NCBI GenBank assembly: GCA_002385985.1
Contig: DGEO01000037.1
Coordinates: 31,257 to 95,256, forward strand
Direction of reading: 5' to 3'
Source of the DNA: Anaerolineaceae bacterium UBA3924
Lineage (GTDB): Bacteria; Chloroflexota; Anaerolineae; Anaerolineales; Anaerolineaceae
Length of the DNA: 64,000 nucleotides
The notes under the pieces: generated by a model
What the model saw: the letters and a program-made list of their open reading frames with translations, nothing else
Database searches by the model: none
Told to the model about the DNA's origin: nothing
In this document: positions 44,937-55,919 of the stretch, piece after piece
Layout: the number at the start of each line of letters is the position of its first letter
How positions within the stretch are numbered: position 1 is the stretch's first letter
Made by a program: the position numbers and the translations under genes

Positions 44937-45560
44937 CTATTTACCTTTACTCGCCCGGTACTGCCCGTACACGTAGAAAATACGCTGCAGCGCGGTCACA
45001 TTGGCCAGCACAGCGATGATCCACAGCGCCACCATGGGCAGGTTGAACACCAGGCTGGGGATCAGGATCAGCATGCGCTCCAGGCGGGTGAGCAGGCCCA
45101 CATTCGCGTCGAAGTGGTTAGCCTCCGCCCGGGCCTTGACATACGACACCATCAGCGATCCACACAACGCCGCGAACACCAGCCCAATCGCCAGCAGATT
45201 GTCCTGGCCAAAGTAGTACACCAGCAGCCCGCCGAACAGGAAAATCTCCGAATACCGGTCGGTGACCGAATCCAGAAAAGCGCCGTACGGGGTCACCGAT
45301 CCCGAATAGCGGGCCACCGCGCCGTCCAGCGCGTCGAGCGGCACCACGAACAGGGCCACAATACCGCCCCAGGTAATATACCCGAGCGCCAGCAGAACGC
45401 CGGCAGCCATGTTGCCGATCAGACCAATTGTGGTGACCATATTGGGCGTCAGCCCCATGGCGTTCAGGACTGCGCCGGCTTTCTCCAACACGTCACAAAA
45501 GCGCAGCCGCATTCCGTCCGTAAAGGTTTTCGGTTTCTGTTTTTCTTCGATTGTGGCCAT
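44937..45560 (-). CDS. CDP-alcohol phosphatidyltransferase family protein
   Basis: Signature D-x2-DG-x2-AR...G-x3-D-x3-D is present (PLDALDGAVARYSGSVTPYGAFLDSVTDR). Trimmed to ATG 45560. Confidence 0.8.
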   Translation of the reverse strand: MATIEEKQKPKTFTDGMRLRFCDVLEKAGAVLNAMGLTPNMVTTIGLIGNMAAGVLLALGYITWGGIVALFVVPLDALDGAVARYSGSVTPYGAFLDSVTDRYSEIFLFGGLLVYYFGQDNLLAIGLVFAALCGSLMVSYVKARAEANHFDANVGLLTRLERMLILIPSLVFNLPMVALWIIAVLANVTALQRIFYVYGQYRASKGK

Positions 45561-45628
45561 ACTCACCTGATGGTAATCAACGATTTCACCGCTAAACAGC
45601 ACCAATACCTGCCTGAAACAGGCACTGG

Positions 45629-47845
45629 CTAATTATAGCCCTCATCCTCTCCATCCGGGGTATCTTCATCCCCGTTCTCGGGATCCAGGAGCACTTCCCG
45701 CTCCTTCCCCCCGACGGTGGCAGGCCCGACCACGCCCATTTCCTCCAGCTGATCCAGCAGCCGGGCTGCCCGCGGGTAGCCGATGCGCAGCTGCCGCTGC
45801 AGGAAGGAGGCGGACGCCCGCTGCGTGCGGCGCACCAGCGCCACCGCCTGCTCCACCAGCTGGTCGGAGTCCTCGCTGACTTTCATCAGGCCTTCCCAGG
45901 GGGCTTCGGCCGGCTCGCCTTCCGCTTCGTGCTTTTCCGCCCAGAAGGAGACCACCCGCTCAATTTCCTCATCGCTGACCAGCACACCCTGGGCGCGCTG
46001 GGGCAGCCCGACATCCGGCGCCAGGTAGAGCATATCGCCTCGCCCGAGCAGGGTCTCCGCGCCATTGGTGTCCAGAATCACGCGTGAATCCACCGACGAA
46101 GCCACGGTGAAAGCGATGCGGGCCGGGAAGTTGGCCTTGATCAGGCCGGTTACCACATCGGTGCTGGGCCGCTGTGTGGCGACCACCAGGTGAATGCCGA
46201 CCGCACGGGCCATCTGCGCCAGGCGCACCAGCGCGTGTTCGGTCTGGTCCGGAGCTGACATCATCAAGTCAGCCAGCTCGTCCACCAGGATCACGATGCG
46301 GGGCAGCGTCTCCTGTTTGCGGCGAACCATCTTGCGGTTGTAGGCGTCCAGGTCACGCGCCTTTGCCTCTTCCAGCAGGCGGTATCGGCGGTCCATCTCG
46401 CTCAACGCCCACTGCAGCACCGCCAGCATGCGCTCCAGCCTGGTTTCCACCCTGCCAAGCAGGTGCGGCAGGCCGTTGAAGCGCACCAGCTCGACCATCT
46501 TGGGGTCCAGCATGGCCATGCGGAGTGATTCCGGCGAGTTGTTCATCACCAGGCAGGTGGTGATGGCCTCGATACACACCGACTTCCCCGAACCGGTGGT
46601 GCCGGCTACCAGCAGATGCGGCATCTTGGCCAGGTCGGCGACCAGCGGATTGCCCGAAACGTCCTTGCCCAGGGCAATGGCCAGCGGCGCATTGACCTTG
46701 CGGAAGGCGTCCGAATCGATCAGGCTGCGCAGGCGCACCACGGATGTCTTCGTGTTGGGCACCTCCACACCCACATAGGCATGCCCGGGCACCGGCGCTT
46801 CGATGCGCAGGCGCTCGGCCGCCAGTGCTCTGGCCAGATCGCGTGACAGGTTGGAAATCTGGTGAACGCGCACCTTTTGATGGATCACCTGGCCGTCCGG
46901 GCCGGTCTTTTCCACATAGCCCGGCTCTACGGCATACTGGGTGACCGTGGGGCCAACCCGGTAACCGATCACCCGTGAAGGAACGCCGAACTCGGCCAGG
47001 GTTTTCTCAATCTGCCGCCCGACCGCCTGGATCTGGTTGGGGTCCTGGCTGGCAGAATGCTCTTCCAGCAGCAAATTAATGGGAGGCAGGTTGTCCGGAC
47101 GGACATACGGCGTGCTGGCGGATGACTGCTCTTCTTCAGCTTCACCGGTGCTGCCCGCGGGTGCCGCCGTCCGGGCCGTCTTCACAAGACCATCCAAAGC
47201 CTCCGCTGGAGCGGAGGGCTCCGGCTGCCAGGCTTCCGCCTCCTGCAGCGCGCGCTCCACCCAGCGCCGGATCACGGCGCCGGCGCGAGCGCTCAGCCCC
47301 ACCGCATACCAGAGAAACAGCACCAGCAGCAGCCCCAGAAGGATGGTGATCCAGGGCGGCGGCAGGAAGGAGGTCAGCAGGTCGGCCAGGCCCCAGCCGA
47401 TCTTGCCGCCGTCCAGTCCGGCCTCAGCCCGCTCGACCGACAGCCCGCCGATCAGGGCCAGCAGAGCCAGCAGGGTGAACGCCGCCCCTTCCCAGGCAAG
47501 AATTCGGCCAAGGCTGAGCTGCGGAGAGCCGTCCGGGCCGCGGCGCAGCAGGGCGACCCCCAGCATGGCCAGCAGCCCGGCCAAGGCATAACCGCCCCAA
47601 CCCAGCCAGACCTCGACCACCTGAGCCAGGGGAGATATGAAGCTGCCCTGCGTCAGGTGGGTCATGCCCAGCAGGATCAGCAGGCTGAATACCAGCAGGA
47701 AAACGCCCAGGAAATCCCAGCCAAAGCGGTCAAAGCGCAGCCAGTAGGACGCCAGTCCATCCAGCCAGGCGCGTGACGGTTGCTTTTCCTGAGGGTCGGC
47801 GGGCGGCTTTTCGCTGGACTTGCGGTCCGCCGGCAGGGTGCTCAT
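45629..47845 (-). CDS. ftsK: DNA translocase FtsK
   Basis: 738 aa with N-terminal TM helices. The motor domain has Walker A AGTTGSGKS and Walker B ILVDELADLM. A C-terminal gamma winged helix follows (ASASFLQRQLRIGYPRAARLLDQLE). Confidence 0.9.
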   Translation of the reverse strand: MSTLPADRKSSEKPPADPQEKQPSRAWLDGLASYWLRFDRFGWDFLGVFLLVFSLLILLGMTHLTQGSFISPLAQVVEVWLGWGGYALAGLLAMLGVALLRRGPDGSPQLSLGRILAWEGAAFTLLALLALIGGLSVERAEAGLDGGKIGWGLADLLTSFLPPPWITILLGLLLVLFLWYAVGLSARAGAVIRRWVERALQEAEAWQPEPSAPAEALDGLVKTARTAAPAGSTGEAEEEQSSASTPYVRPDNLPPINLLLEEHSASQDPNQIQAVGRQIEKTLAEFGVPSRVIGYRVGPTVTQYAVEPGYVEKTGPDGQVIHQKVRVHQISNLSRDLARALAAERLRIEAPVPGHAYVGVEVPNTKTSVVRLRSLIDSDAFRKVNAPLAIALGKDVSGNPLVADLAKMPHLLVAGTTGSGKSVCIEAITTCLVMNNSPESLRMAMLDPKMVELVRFNGLPHLLGRVETRLERMLAVLQWALSEMDRRYRLLEEAKARDLDAYNRKMVRRKQETLPRIVILVDELADLMMSAPDQTEHALVRLAQMARAVGIHLVVATQRPSTDVVTGLIKANFPARIAFTVASSVDSRVILDTNGAETLLGRGDMLYLAPDVGLPQRAQGVLVSDEEIERVVSFWAEKHEAEGEPAEAPWEGLMKVSEDSDQLVEQAVALVRRTQRASASFLQRQLRIGYPRAARLLDQLEEMGVVGPATVGGKEREVLLDPENGDEDTPDGEDEGYN

Positions 47846-48792
47846 TCTGCCTCGGTTTGAACCAGGCCCAGTCCCAGGCGGCGCCGTTCGGCGTCAATGT
47901 GCAGGATGCGAACCTGGACAGGCATACCGATGGAGAAGATCTTCTGCAGATCCTGCGCGGTCGGTGTCGGATGAATGGAGGACATGTGAATCAGGCCTTC
48001 AATGCCCTCTTCCAGGCGGGCGAACGCGCCAAACCGGGTGATGGAGGTGATGGTCGCGGGAATCACATCCCCCGGCTTGCAGCGGCGTGTCAGAGCTTCC
48101 CAGGGGTTCGGCTGCAGCCGCTTCAGGCTGAGCGCGATGCGGGCGTTTTCCTCGGATACCTGCAGCACCAGCACCTCGACCTTCTGCCCGACCTGCAGCA
48201 CATCGCCGGGGTGCTGAACACGGCCCCAGGACAGCTCGGAGACGTGAATCAGCCCTTCCACGCCGCCCAGATCAATAAACACACCGAAGTCGGTGACGTT
48301 GGTGACCACGCCGCAAACGGTGGTGTTGGGCGTGAGGGTCTTGAACAGCATCTTCCGGCGGCCCTCACCGGCCTGCGCAGCCCGTTCAGACAGCACGATC
48401 CGCTCCTGTGCGGGTTCGCACTCGATCACTTTCAGCTGCAGCGTCTGGCCGACGTAACCGGAGAGGACCTGGCGGCGTTCTTCTTCATCCTCGGAGGTAG
48501 GCATTTCGACCAGGTGAGAAATGGGCACGAACCCCTGAATCCCCTCTCCCTGTACGAGCAGTCCCCCCCGATTGTACCCGTGCACGGACAGGGAGATGAT
48601 CTCATCCTGTTCGTATAACGACTGGACAAAATCCCAGTCGATCGCGGGAGCCTGAGCAGCGGTTGGCTTACTCGCCGTCTCCTTTTGCGGTGGCAAGCTG
48701 GCTTCTTCGTCTGCTAGAACCGACGCCCACCACCCTTCATCGAGTTCCAGCATCCCTTCGATATCGCTCATCTCCGTTTTTTTGGACAACAT
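47842..48792 (-). CDS. S1 RNA-binding domain protein (ribosomal protein S1-like, 3 S1 repeats)
   Basis: Repeated S1 OB-fold units (GGLLVQGEGIQGFVPISHL, FGVFIDLGGVEGLIHVSEL, FGAFARLEEGIEGLIHMSS). A 4-nt overlap links it to ftsK. Confidence 0.75.
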   Translation of the reverse strand: MLSKKTEMSDIEGMLELDEGWWASVLADEEASLPPQKETASKPTAAQAPAIDWDFVQSLYEQDEIISLSVHGYNRGGLLVQGEGIQGFVPISHLVEMPTSEDEEERRQVLSGYVGQTLQLKVIECEPAQERIVLSERAAQAGEGRRKMLFKTLTPNTTVCGVVTNVTDFGVFIDLGGVEGLIHVSELSWGRVQHPGDVLQVGQKVEVLVLQVSEENARIALSLKRLQPNPWEALTRRCKPGDVIPATITSITRFGAFARLEEGIEGLIHMSSIHPTPTAQDLQKIFSIGMPVQVRILHIDAERRRLGLGLVQTEAE

Positions 48793-48848
48793 TTTTTACC
48801 TACCTCCCGGATGGTAAACGGTTACGAATAAGAGGGTCTACGGAAGGT

Positions 48849-50780
48849 TCAAGGCTGACCCTGGATGCTCCGGGTTTCGTCCTGAACCTGGCTCTCCATG
48901 TCAAGAATCGCCTTTGCCACCGCTTCGATAGCGACTCTCTGTTTGCGGTATAAGTCCGCTTCGGACATTGCCAACCGCCGGGCTATTTCACGTACTTTTT
49001 TCCCTTCGAGGAATTTCATTTCTAATATATTATACAAAACCCACTCTGCTGTAAAGCGTCGTTCGCCTTCCGGCCGGACACTCTCAATCGCTTCTCTCAA
49101 GATGGCGCGCAGGGCATTGGCCGGGTTTCCGTCGTGCTTCACCATCGCCTGGGTGACCACCTTCAGCTTCATCAGCGGGCTTTCGGTCAGCTTCGGTCCG
49201 CCCCAGTAGTGGCTGAGCGCGTCTTTCACCCACTGGGTCACATCTCCGTTTACCGGCAGGCCGTCCGCCTCAAACACCCGCGCCCGGTTGTACTGCCCGG
49301 CCGCACGCAGCCGCTGGATGGTCTCGACTTTGGTGTTAAGGTTCTCCAGCGAGGCGAAAACCTCCTCCTGCAGCCGGTAGTCCAGCAGCGCCTCCGAGGC
49401 CCGGGAGACCAGAACGCGGATGACCTCGGCTTCCTCCTCATCGACCTCGGCCACGTTGATGCCGCTGACGCCCAGGATGCCCAGGAGATTCTCCCGCCCC
49501 TCCCCCTCTTCGGGCTCCTCCCCGGAGTCAAAGAGGGGCATCAGATATGTTTCTCCCCACTGGAAAAGATCCGGCAGGCTGCCGTTCTGCTGGACCAGGC
49601 GGGTGATTTCCTGCGACACTGCACTGTCATCGAAGCGCACCCGGCCCACACGGACCACCTGTTCCAATCCCTCTGGCTGAATGGATGCAAGAAATGCGCC
49701 AGGTGCCTGAAGGCGGTCGCACAGCGCGGCCAGGATCATTTCCAGATACTGCTGCAGGTCGTTGCGGGTCAGCAGGCGGTCTTCCAGCGACTTGACCACC
49801 TGCAGGTCTTCCTTATCCTGCCCGTAGAACAGCCAGCGCTCGGCGGTCGGGGCCAGCAGCGTGATCAGGTGCTGGGTGAGCAGGATGGTGGCCACCATGA
49901 TAATCGGCACCAGCGCCGACTCCAGCCCGCTTGTCCGGCGGATGATGGTGGTCAGGGCCAGCGTCAGGCTGGCGGAGACCGGACCGCGCAGGATCCAGCG
50001 GAACAACCGGCTTTTAACCACCCGGTCCGGCCAGGCAACGCCGAAGAAGGCCACGCCGTAAGCCATAACCACCAGCAGGCCGTTTACCAGGAAGTTGCTG
50101 CCGGCCACCACGCTCCAGAACAGCACCGGATGGCGGGCGCTGAATCCGGTGGTGAACAGCAGGAACGGGAAGGAACCCAGGGCCGGAGCCACGGCGCCGA
50201 CCACCAGGTACACCATGCGGCGCTGGCTGGCGGAGGTGACCGTGCGCAGGTACGCCCGCAGGAAGTTGATCAGCGCCAGCAGCATCATCCCCAGGTAGTA
50301 GAGGACGAACAGGTCAGTGATGGCTGTCGCTTCCAGGTACGGTGCCGGCTCATTTTCGGGCACCAGGCTGCCCACCAGCCCGCCGAAGGGCAATGTGGCA
50401 ATAAATCCGATGGAGATCAGGTAACCCAGGCGGATGGCCAGTCGACGCCGTCCGCGGCTGGGCCGGCCTGTGGTCTCCAGCAGCGCATCGGAGAACTGGA
50501 AATAGGCTGCCGGCAAGAGGGCGATCCCCACCCACTGCACGCGCAGCCAGAAGTCCAGCCACATGGCCCGCGGCGCGGTCGAAGCGAAGGCTTCCCCGGC
50601 GAACACGATCACCACGCAGATCATAATGAACGCGAAGGTGCGGGCCACCCGGTCGCGCAGGTTGAAGGTCAGCGCGTACAGCAGCAGCGAAAAGGCAGTC
50701 ACCGCCACACCGGCGGTGAGGATATCACTGATGGTCTGGATGGGACCGAGGAGGCTGAACTGCTGTGCGCTGCTATACAT
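48849..50780 (-). CDS. polytopic membrane protein with C-terminal sigma-70 region-4/LuxR-like HTH
   Basis: 643 aa. About 8-9 TM helices occupy the first ~330 aa, followed by a soluble middle region. The C-terminus reads YWGGPKLTESPL...ALRAILREAIESVRP...WVLYNILEMKFLEGKKVREIARRLAMSEADLYRKQRVAIEAVA. Confidence 0.55.
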   Translation of the reverse strand: MYSSAQQFSLLGPIQTISDILTAGVAVTAFSLLLYALTFNLRDRVARTFAFIMICVVIVFAGEAFASTAPRAMWLDFWLRVQWVGIALLPAAYFQFSDALLETTGRPSRGRRRLAIRLGYLISIGFIATLPFGGLVGSLVPENEPAPYLEATAITDLFVLYYLGMMLLALINFLRAYLRTVTSASQRRMVYLVVGAVAPALGSFPFLLFTTGFSARHPVLFWSVVAGSNFLVNGLLVVMAYGVAFFGVAWPDRVVKSRLFRWILRGPVSASLTLALTTIIRRTSGLESALVPIIMVATILLTQHLITLLAPTAERWLFYGQDKEDLQVVKSLEDRLLTRNDLQQYLEMILAALCDRLQAPGAFLASIQPEGLEQVVRVGRVRFDDSAVSQEITRLVQQNGSLPDLFQWGETYLMPLFDSGEEPEEGEGRENLLGILGVSGINVAEVDEEEAEVIRVLVSRASEALLDYRLQEEVFASLENLNTKVETIQRLRAAGQYNRARVFEADGLPVNGDVTQWVKDALSHYWGGPKLTESPLMKLKVVTQAMVKHDGNPANALRAILREAIESVRPEGERRFTAEWVLYNILEMKFLEGKKVREIARRLAMSEADLYRKQRVAIEAVAKAILDMESQVQDETRSIQGQP

Positions 50781-50810
50781 CAGAATGCGACAGAAGAATA
50801 CCCATAATGA

Positions 50811-51347
50811 TTACAGGAAACGTGTGAAGAATAAAGCGATGTCCTGACTGGAGTAGTAATGATCATTGTACCCGCAAAAGTCAAAGCCGAGTTTGACGGC
50901 CAGGCGAATGGCGGGATAGTTTTTCGACTGCACCCCCAGCTGCATCTCGCGCAGGCGGCGCTGGATCCCCCAGTTCTGCGCCGCAAGCAGCAGCGCGGTG
51001 GCGATCCCCTGCCGGCGGAACTCCGGCGCGACCACCAGGTCCGTCACCCAGGCGGTGGAGGGGTGATGGTCATCGCTCAGGCCAATGTACCCGACCTGCC
51101 GGCCTTCCAGGCAGGCCACCAGCAGGCCGGCCCGGTCCTTCCAGTTGGCCAGCAGAGCCGAGGCAGGGTAGGGATACTCCACCTGCACCGAGCGCGGAAG
51201 GCGCACCTCGCGGAACTGGATGGTGATTTCGCCCTCGTTCACAACCCGGTTCATCTGCCAGACATAGTCTGTCTGCCCGTGATGATTGATTTGTACAAGC
51301 TCTGGAATGTCAGTCGAGATGGCAGGACGGATTTCGATTTTGGGCAT
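50811..51347 (-). CDS. GNAT family N-acetyltransferase
   Basis: 178 aa. VVAPEFRRQGIATALL...NYPAIRLAVKLGF. Confidence 0.8.
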   Translation of the reverse strand: MPKIEIRPAISTDIPELVQINHHGQTDYVWQMNRVVNEGEITIQFREVRLPRSVQVEYPYPASALLANWKDRAGLLVACLEGRQVGYIGLSDDHHPSTAWVTDLVVAPEFRRQGIATALLLAAQNWGIQRRLREMQLGVQSKNYPAIRLAVKLGFDFCGYNDHYYSSQDIALFFTRFL

Positions 51348-51357
51348 GATGCTCTTT

Positions 51358-52056
51358 TCAGGAACCCAGAATGCGCACGGAGATGATGCACGCCGGGAAG
51401 GGATTGTTCTGATTATCGTAGACGACCAGGCGGAGCTGGTAATCTCCGGGCACGACTTGTTCCGTGTTCCAGATACCTCCTAGCGGTTGATCAACTTTGG
51501 GTTGGTCCCCTCCGGCGATGGTGGTCCAGTTCTCTGCGTCTGCCGGGCTGTACTCATACTTGTAGAACCCGAGGTTGGGAACATTCACTGTTCCCATTGG
51601 CTCAATCAACCCCTTAATCTCATCCCCGTTCACCGGGTAGGTCCACTCGATCTGGTCCTCCAGGCAGCCCGTGCGAACGACCTGAGGATCGACCACGTCC
51701 GAGGCTTGCGTGGGTTCGGGGGTTGGAATCGATTGAGCGGCAGCAGCCGGGATGGTCATCTCAGGCGTTGCCATAATATCCAGCGTGGGGGTTGCCAGCG
51801 AATGAGCGCCGGGATAGGTTGGGGCGATGAAGGTGACCAGGTAGAATTCGGTCAGGCCGAACAGCAGCAGGATGACCAGCATCGTCGCCCGGAACGCCAG
51901 CCTGCCCTGGGCTTTCTCCCGTTCAAGTCCAAAAATCGCCCCACGCCATTCCCGCCAGGCATCAAGTACCTGGCTCAGGAAGTAAAGACTGAACACCCCC
52001 ACAATGATGTAGATGAATATTTCGTACTTTTCCAGAAATGGGAGCCAGTCTTCCAT
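51358..52056 (-). CDS. hypothetical membrane-anchored protein with C-terminal beta-rich (Ig/PPC-like) domain
   Basis: 232 aa with two N-terminal TM helices. The C-terminus reads GDYQLRLVVYDNQNNPFPACIISVRI. No family recognised. Confidence 0.45.
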   Translation of the reverse strand: MEDWLPFLEKYEIFIYIIVGVFSLYFLSQVLDAWREWRGAIFGLEREKAQGRLAFRATMLVILLLFGLTEFYLVTFIAPTYPGAHSLATPTLDIMATPEMTIPAAAAQSIPTPEPTQASDVVDPQVVRTGCLEDQIEWTYPVNGDEIKGLIEPMGTVNVPNLGFYKYEYSPADAENWTTIAGGDQPKVDQPLGGIWNTEQVVPGDYQLRLVVYDNQNNPFPACIISVRILGS

Positions 52057-52103
52057 AGACGATTAATCATACCCCATCACGCCGGGATCATGGAACCCTT
52101 TCA

Positions 52104-52943
52104 TTAAGGCAGCTGTCCAATGACTCCGCGAACGATTTTCTCCATTTTGGGGCCGATTAATTTACCCGCTTCTAAAACCTCTTCGTGAGTGGTGATGGTG
52201 CTTCCATCCAGATTGGCTTTGTTGGTGATCCCTGAAAGCCCCAGCACACGGGTCTTCCCGTGCCGGGCCACAATCACTTCCGGCACCGTGGACATGCCGA
52301 CAGCATCCGCCCCGATAATGCGCAGGAAGCGCAGGTCTGCCGGGGACTCGAACGAAGGCCCACTCAGGCCGATGTACACGCCTTCCCGCAGATCAATTCC
52401 AGCCTGCTCAGCTACTTTTCGGGCTGTTTCGCGCAGCTGGCGGTCGTAGGGCTGGCTCATGTCAGGGAAGCGCTCGCCGAACTCCTCCAGATTGGCCCCG
52501 TGCAGCGGGTTGTTCCCCGTCATGGCGATCAGGGAGATATGGTCTGTAATCAACATGATATCTCCGGGGACAAATTCAGGGTGAATCGCCCCGGCGGCGT
52601 TGGTAACGATCAGTGTCTGGACGCCCAGCCGCTGCATTACGCGGACCGGGAAGGTCACCTGCTGCATGGAGTAGCCTTCATAGAAATGCACCCGGCCCTG
52701 CATCACCATGACCGGTTTGCCTTCCAGCTGGCCGATCACCAGCCGGCCGGCGTGACCCACCACCGTGGACACGGGCCAGTCAGGGATTTCATTGTAAGGA
52801 ATGATGTCCGGGTTCTCGACGGCTTCGGCGATGGAACCGAGGCCGGAACCCAGGATGATGCCCACTTCAGGTCGATAGCCGGTCTTTGAGCGAATATGCT
52901 CTGCTGCGCGGTCAATCTGCTCCAGTGTGATGTACTCCGCCAT
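52104..52943 (-). CDS. punA: purine nucleoside phosphorylase (PNP family I, PunA-type)
   Basis: GIILGSGLG...VVGHAGRLVIG...MQGRVHFYEGY...GADAVGMSTVPE. Trimmed to ATG 52943, preceded by AGGAGAAGG. Confidence 0.85.
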   Translation of the reverse strand: MAEYITLEQIDRAAEHIRSKTGYRPEVGIILGSGLGSIAEAVENPDIIPYNEIPDWPVSTVVGHAGRLVIGQLEGKPVMVMQGRVHFYEGYSMQQVTFPVRVMQRLGVQTLIVTNAAGAIHPEFVPGDIMLITDHISLIAMTGNNPLHGANLEEFGERFPDMSQPYDRQLRETARKVAEQAGIDLREGVYIGLSGPSFESPADLRFLRIIGADAVGMSTVPEVIVARHGKTRVLGLSGITNKANLDGSTITTHEEVLEAGKLIGPKMEKIVRGVIGQLP

Positions 52944-53191
52944 ACCTTCTCCTGTCTTTACATTGTTAGGCCTGGTAGAATTGCCCCCGTAATTCGCCGT
53001 AAAACGTGTCAAATACTCCGGTTGGTTGCTGATCTGGCACGATCCATGCACTGCTTGGCATATCCGCGAACTTTTTCCATTTAGCAAGCCGTCTGGCTCA
53101 TTGACCCCCATACCAGCAAGACCGAGGGCTTCAATAGGGAAGAAGTTACCTTACAAATTTGATTATATCAGTAATCCCTCGAGGAATTCTA

Positions 53192-53220
53192 TTGAAAAAA
53201 GCCCCGGGGCATGCTATTCT
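53192..53220 (+). promoter_or_regulatory. candidate promoter of the GGDEF gene
   Basis: TTGAAA (53192-53197), 17-nt spacer, TATTCT (53215-53220). Confidence 0.35.
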
Positions 53221-53261
53221 AACTCCGAACGGGGTCACACAAGCAACACAAGCAGCAAGCC

Positions 53262-54857
53262 ATGAACTCACAATCCAGCGCCTTACAACTGAGCAACCTG
53301 GAACAAAGGCAACTGGTTACCCCGGTTGTTGTCCAGGCGGTGATCCTGTGCGTCATGATGATTGCCTTCGCCCTCGGTCTCCCGGCACCCATCGAATCCC
53401 GGCTGACCAATGCGGGAATCGCCCTGGCGGGGATCGTGTACACCCTGTTCCACTACTACATTTTGCTTCCCAACTTCAGCACCAACCGCATCGTCTGGTG
53501 GCTGGTCGCGCTGATTAATTCCGCGGCAATCGGCTTGCTGCTGTGGCTTGACCCCATTCAGCCCTGGGCCTTTGCGTTCTTCCTGGCCCTGCTCACCACC
53601 AGCGGATCCGTCATCCTGACCGGGCGCTGGCCGACCTACGTCTTCGCGGTGATCATCTCCATCGCGCAGTGGGTGCTCGCGCGGCCGCTGTTCCCCTGGA
53701 TCGACTATGTTCCCCTGCAGTACCTGGTGTTCCCGCTCGCCGCGGCGGTGATCACCGAAACCGCCATGCTCACCCGGCGGTCAATCGCCCGGCAGGTCAA
53801 CCGCCTGGAGCTCCTTTCCCGGGTAACCGGCTCGCTGGTCTCCTCGCTGGAAATCCAGGAAGTAATCGAGCTGGTCTGCAACGCCATTCAGCAGGCGATG
53901 AAAGCGGATACATACTATGTCGGCCTATTCCGCCCGCCGGATTCACTGTACATGGCCCTGCTGTACGACGAGGGCGAATTCTTCCCCAAGACCACGGTGT
54001 CCATCAGCAACACGCTGGCCGGGCACGTTGTGCGTACCGCCAAGCCCCTGCACCTGAATGACGTCCCCCGAGAGCACCAGAAACTCAACCTGCCGCTGTT
54101 TATTGTGGGCAAACCGCGCACCAGCCTGAGCTGGATGGGCGCGCCCTTGATCAGCGGAGGTACCGTGCTGGGGATCATCGCAGTCGCCTCGTACGAGCGC
54201 AATGCCTTCACCAAAGAGGACATGGACCTGCTGATCAACCTGTCCAACCAGGCGGCCATGGCCATCGACAACGCCAACCACCACGAGGAAGTCGAACGGC
54301 GCTCCCGCCTGGACAGCCTGACCGGCTGCCTGAACCACGGGGTGTTCATCAAAGCGCTGGATGAGAAGATCCAGGAGTGCCTGAAGAAGAACCAGCCGAT
54401 CAGCGTGATCATGCTGGATATCGACCTGTTCAAGAAATACAACGACATGCACGGTCACCTGGTAGGCGATCAGGTGCTGGTGATGATAACAGAGACCATC
54501 CGCCGCCACATCAAGTCCACCGACCTGGTTGGCCGCTGGGGTGGCGAAGAGTTTGTCATCGCCCTGCCCAATGCCACCGGCGAAGAGGCGGTGCGAGTCG
54601 CCCGCCGCCTGCAGAAGTCCGTCGGGCAGATCTACCTGACCGACCGCAGCGGCACCGTTATCTCCGCCCCGACCATCAGCCAGGGAATCGCCATGTGCCC
54701 GCTGGAGGCCAGCGACGCCTACAGCCTGATCGACCTGGCCGACCAGCGCCTGTATCGGGCAAAAGCCCGCGGCCGCAACCAGGTGGAGCCGCAGGAAAAC
54801 TACTGGGAAGAGCAGCTGGTCAGCCTGCCGGAGCAGGCGCACATCAGGCAGCCGTAA
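53262..54857 (+). CDS. diguanylate cyclase (membrane N-terminus + GAF + GGDEF)
   Basis: 531 aa with about 6 TM helices, a GAF-like middle and a GGDEF domain whose active site reads RWGGEEF. RxxD I-site status was not checked. Confidence 0.85.
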   Translation: MNSQSSALQLSNLEQRQLVTPVVVQAVILCVMMIAFALGLPAPIESRLTNAGIALAGIVYTLFHYYILLPNFSTNRIVWWLVALINSAAIGLLLWLDPIQPWAFAFFLALLTTSGSVILTGRWPTYVFAVIISIAQWVLARPLFPWIDYVPLQYLVFPLAAAVITETAMLTRRSIARQVNRLELLSRVTGSLVSSLEIQEVIELVCNAIQQAMKADTYYVGLFRPPDSLYMALLYDEGEFFPKTTVSISNTLAGHVVRTAKPLHLNDVPREHQKLNLPLFIVGKPRTSLSWMGAPLISGGTVLGIIAVASYERNAFTKEDMDLLINLSNQAAMAIDNANHHEEVERRSRLDSLTGCLNHGVFIKALDEKIQECLKKNQPISVIMLDIDLFKKYNDMHGHLVGDQVLVMITETIRRHIKSTDLVGRWGGEEFVIALPNATGEEAVRVARRLQKSVGQIYLTDRSGTVISAPTISQGIAMCPLEASDAYSLIDLADQRLYRAKARGRNQVEPQENYWEEQLVSLPEQAHIRQP

Positions 54858-55890
54858 GCACGCGGCGGAACCCGTCCAGGACGCGGTCGACGTCCTCGTC
54901 GCTAATCCAGTAGTGGAACACCAGCCGGAAGCGGTCCGGGGCGACCACGCCTACCCGAAGGCCTTCCTGCTTCAGCCGCGCGGCCAGTTCCGCCGCCGTC
55001 AGGCCGGTTTCAGAATCCAGCCCGACGAAAACCATGTTGGACGCCGGCTGCCCGAACGGCAGGTACAGGCCCGGAATCTGGCGAATGCCTTCTGCCAGGC
55101 GCGCCGCCCGCCGGTGATCGGCTTCCAGCTTCGGAGCGATATCCTCAATGGCAATGATGCCCGCGGCCGCCAGCACGCCCGCCTGGCGCATCCCGCCGCC
55201 GAGCATTTTTCGCAGCCGCCGGGCCTTCTCGATGAACTCGGCGCTGCCGCACAGCACCGACCCGACCGGCGCGCACAGGCCCTTGCTCAGGCAGAAGGTG
55301 ACCGAATCGGCCGGGGCGGCCAGCTCAGCCGGCGTGCAGCCCGTGGCCACCGCCGCGTTGAAGATTCTCGCGCCGTCCAGGTGAAATTTCATCCCCATCT
55401 CGTGGGCCAGCTCCCCGGCCTGGCGGGTGTACTCTGCGGTGAGCACCACCCCGCCGCAGCGGTTGTGCGTGTTTTCCAGGATCAGCAGCCGGGAGGTCGG
55501 ATGGTGGACATCTTTGGCCCGCACCGCGTCGCGAATATCATCCAGTTCCAGCGTTCCGTCCGGCTGGTTGGGCAGCGTGTGCGGGAACACCCCTCCCAGT
55601 GCCGAAATGCCGCCCACTTCGAACAGGAAGGTGTGGCTTTTATCACCCATGATGGCCTCATCGCCGCGCTGGCAGTGAACCAGGGTGGCGATCAGGTTGC
55701 CCATGGTGCCCGAGGTGACCAGCAGTCCCGCCTCCTTGCCCATCTTCTCCGCAGCCAGCTGCTGCAGGCGGTTGACAGTCGGGTCTTCGCCGTATACATC
55801 GTCCCCCACTTCCGCAAGCGACATCGCGGTTCGCATTTCCGGCGTGGGCTGGGTGACGGTATCGGAGCGCAAATCGATGACCTTTTCCAT
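54844..55890 (-). CDS. ltaE: low-specificity L-threonine aldolase (PLP-dependent)
   Basis: [12 protein letters not shown]...[10 protein letters not shown]...GTMGN...SKGL. Convergent 14-nt overlap with the GGDEF gene. Confidence 0.85.
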   Translation of the reverse strand: MEKVIDLRSDTVTQPTPEMRTAMSLAEVGDDVYGEDPTVNRLQQLAAEKMGKEAGLLVTSGTMGNLIATLVHCQRGDEAIMGDKSHTFLFEVGGISALGGVFPHTLPNQPDGTLELDDIRDAVRAKDVHHPTSRLLILENTHNRCGGVVLTAEYTRQAGELAHEMGMKFHLDGARIFNAAVATGCTPAELAAPADSVTFCLSKGLCAPVGSVLCGSAEFIEKARRLRKMLGGGMRQAGVLAAAGIIAIEDIAPKLEADHRRAARLAEGIRQIPGLYLPFGQPASNMVFVGLDSETGLTAAELAARLKQEGLRVGVVAPDRFRLVFHYWISDEDVDRVLDGFRRVLTAA

Positions 55891-55919
55891 GTTCGAATCC
55901 TCGTACGTGGGGAATAGAT

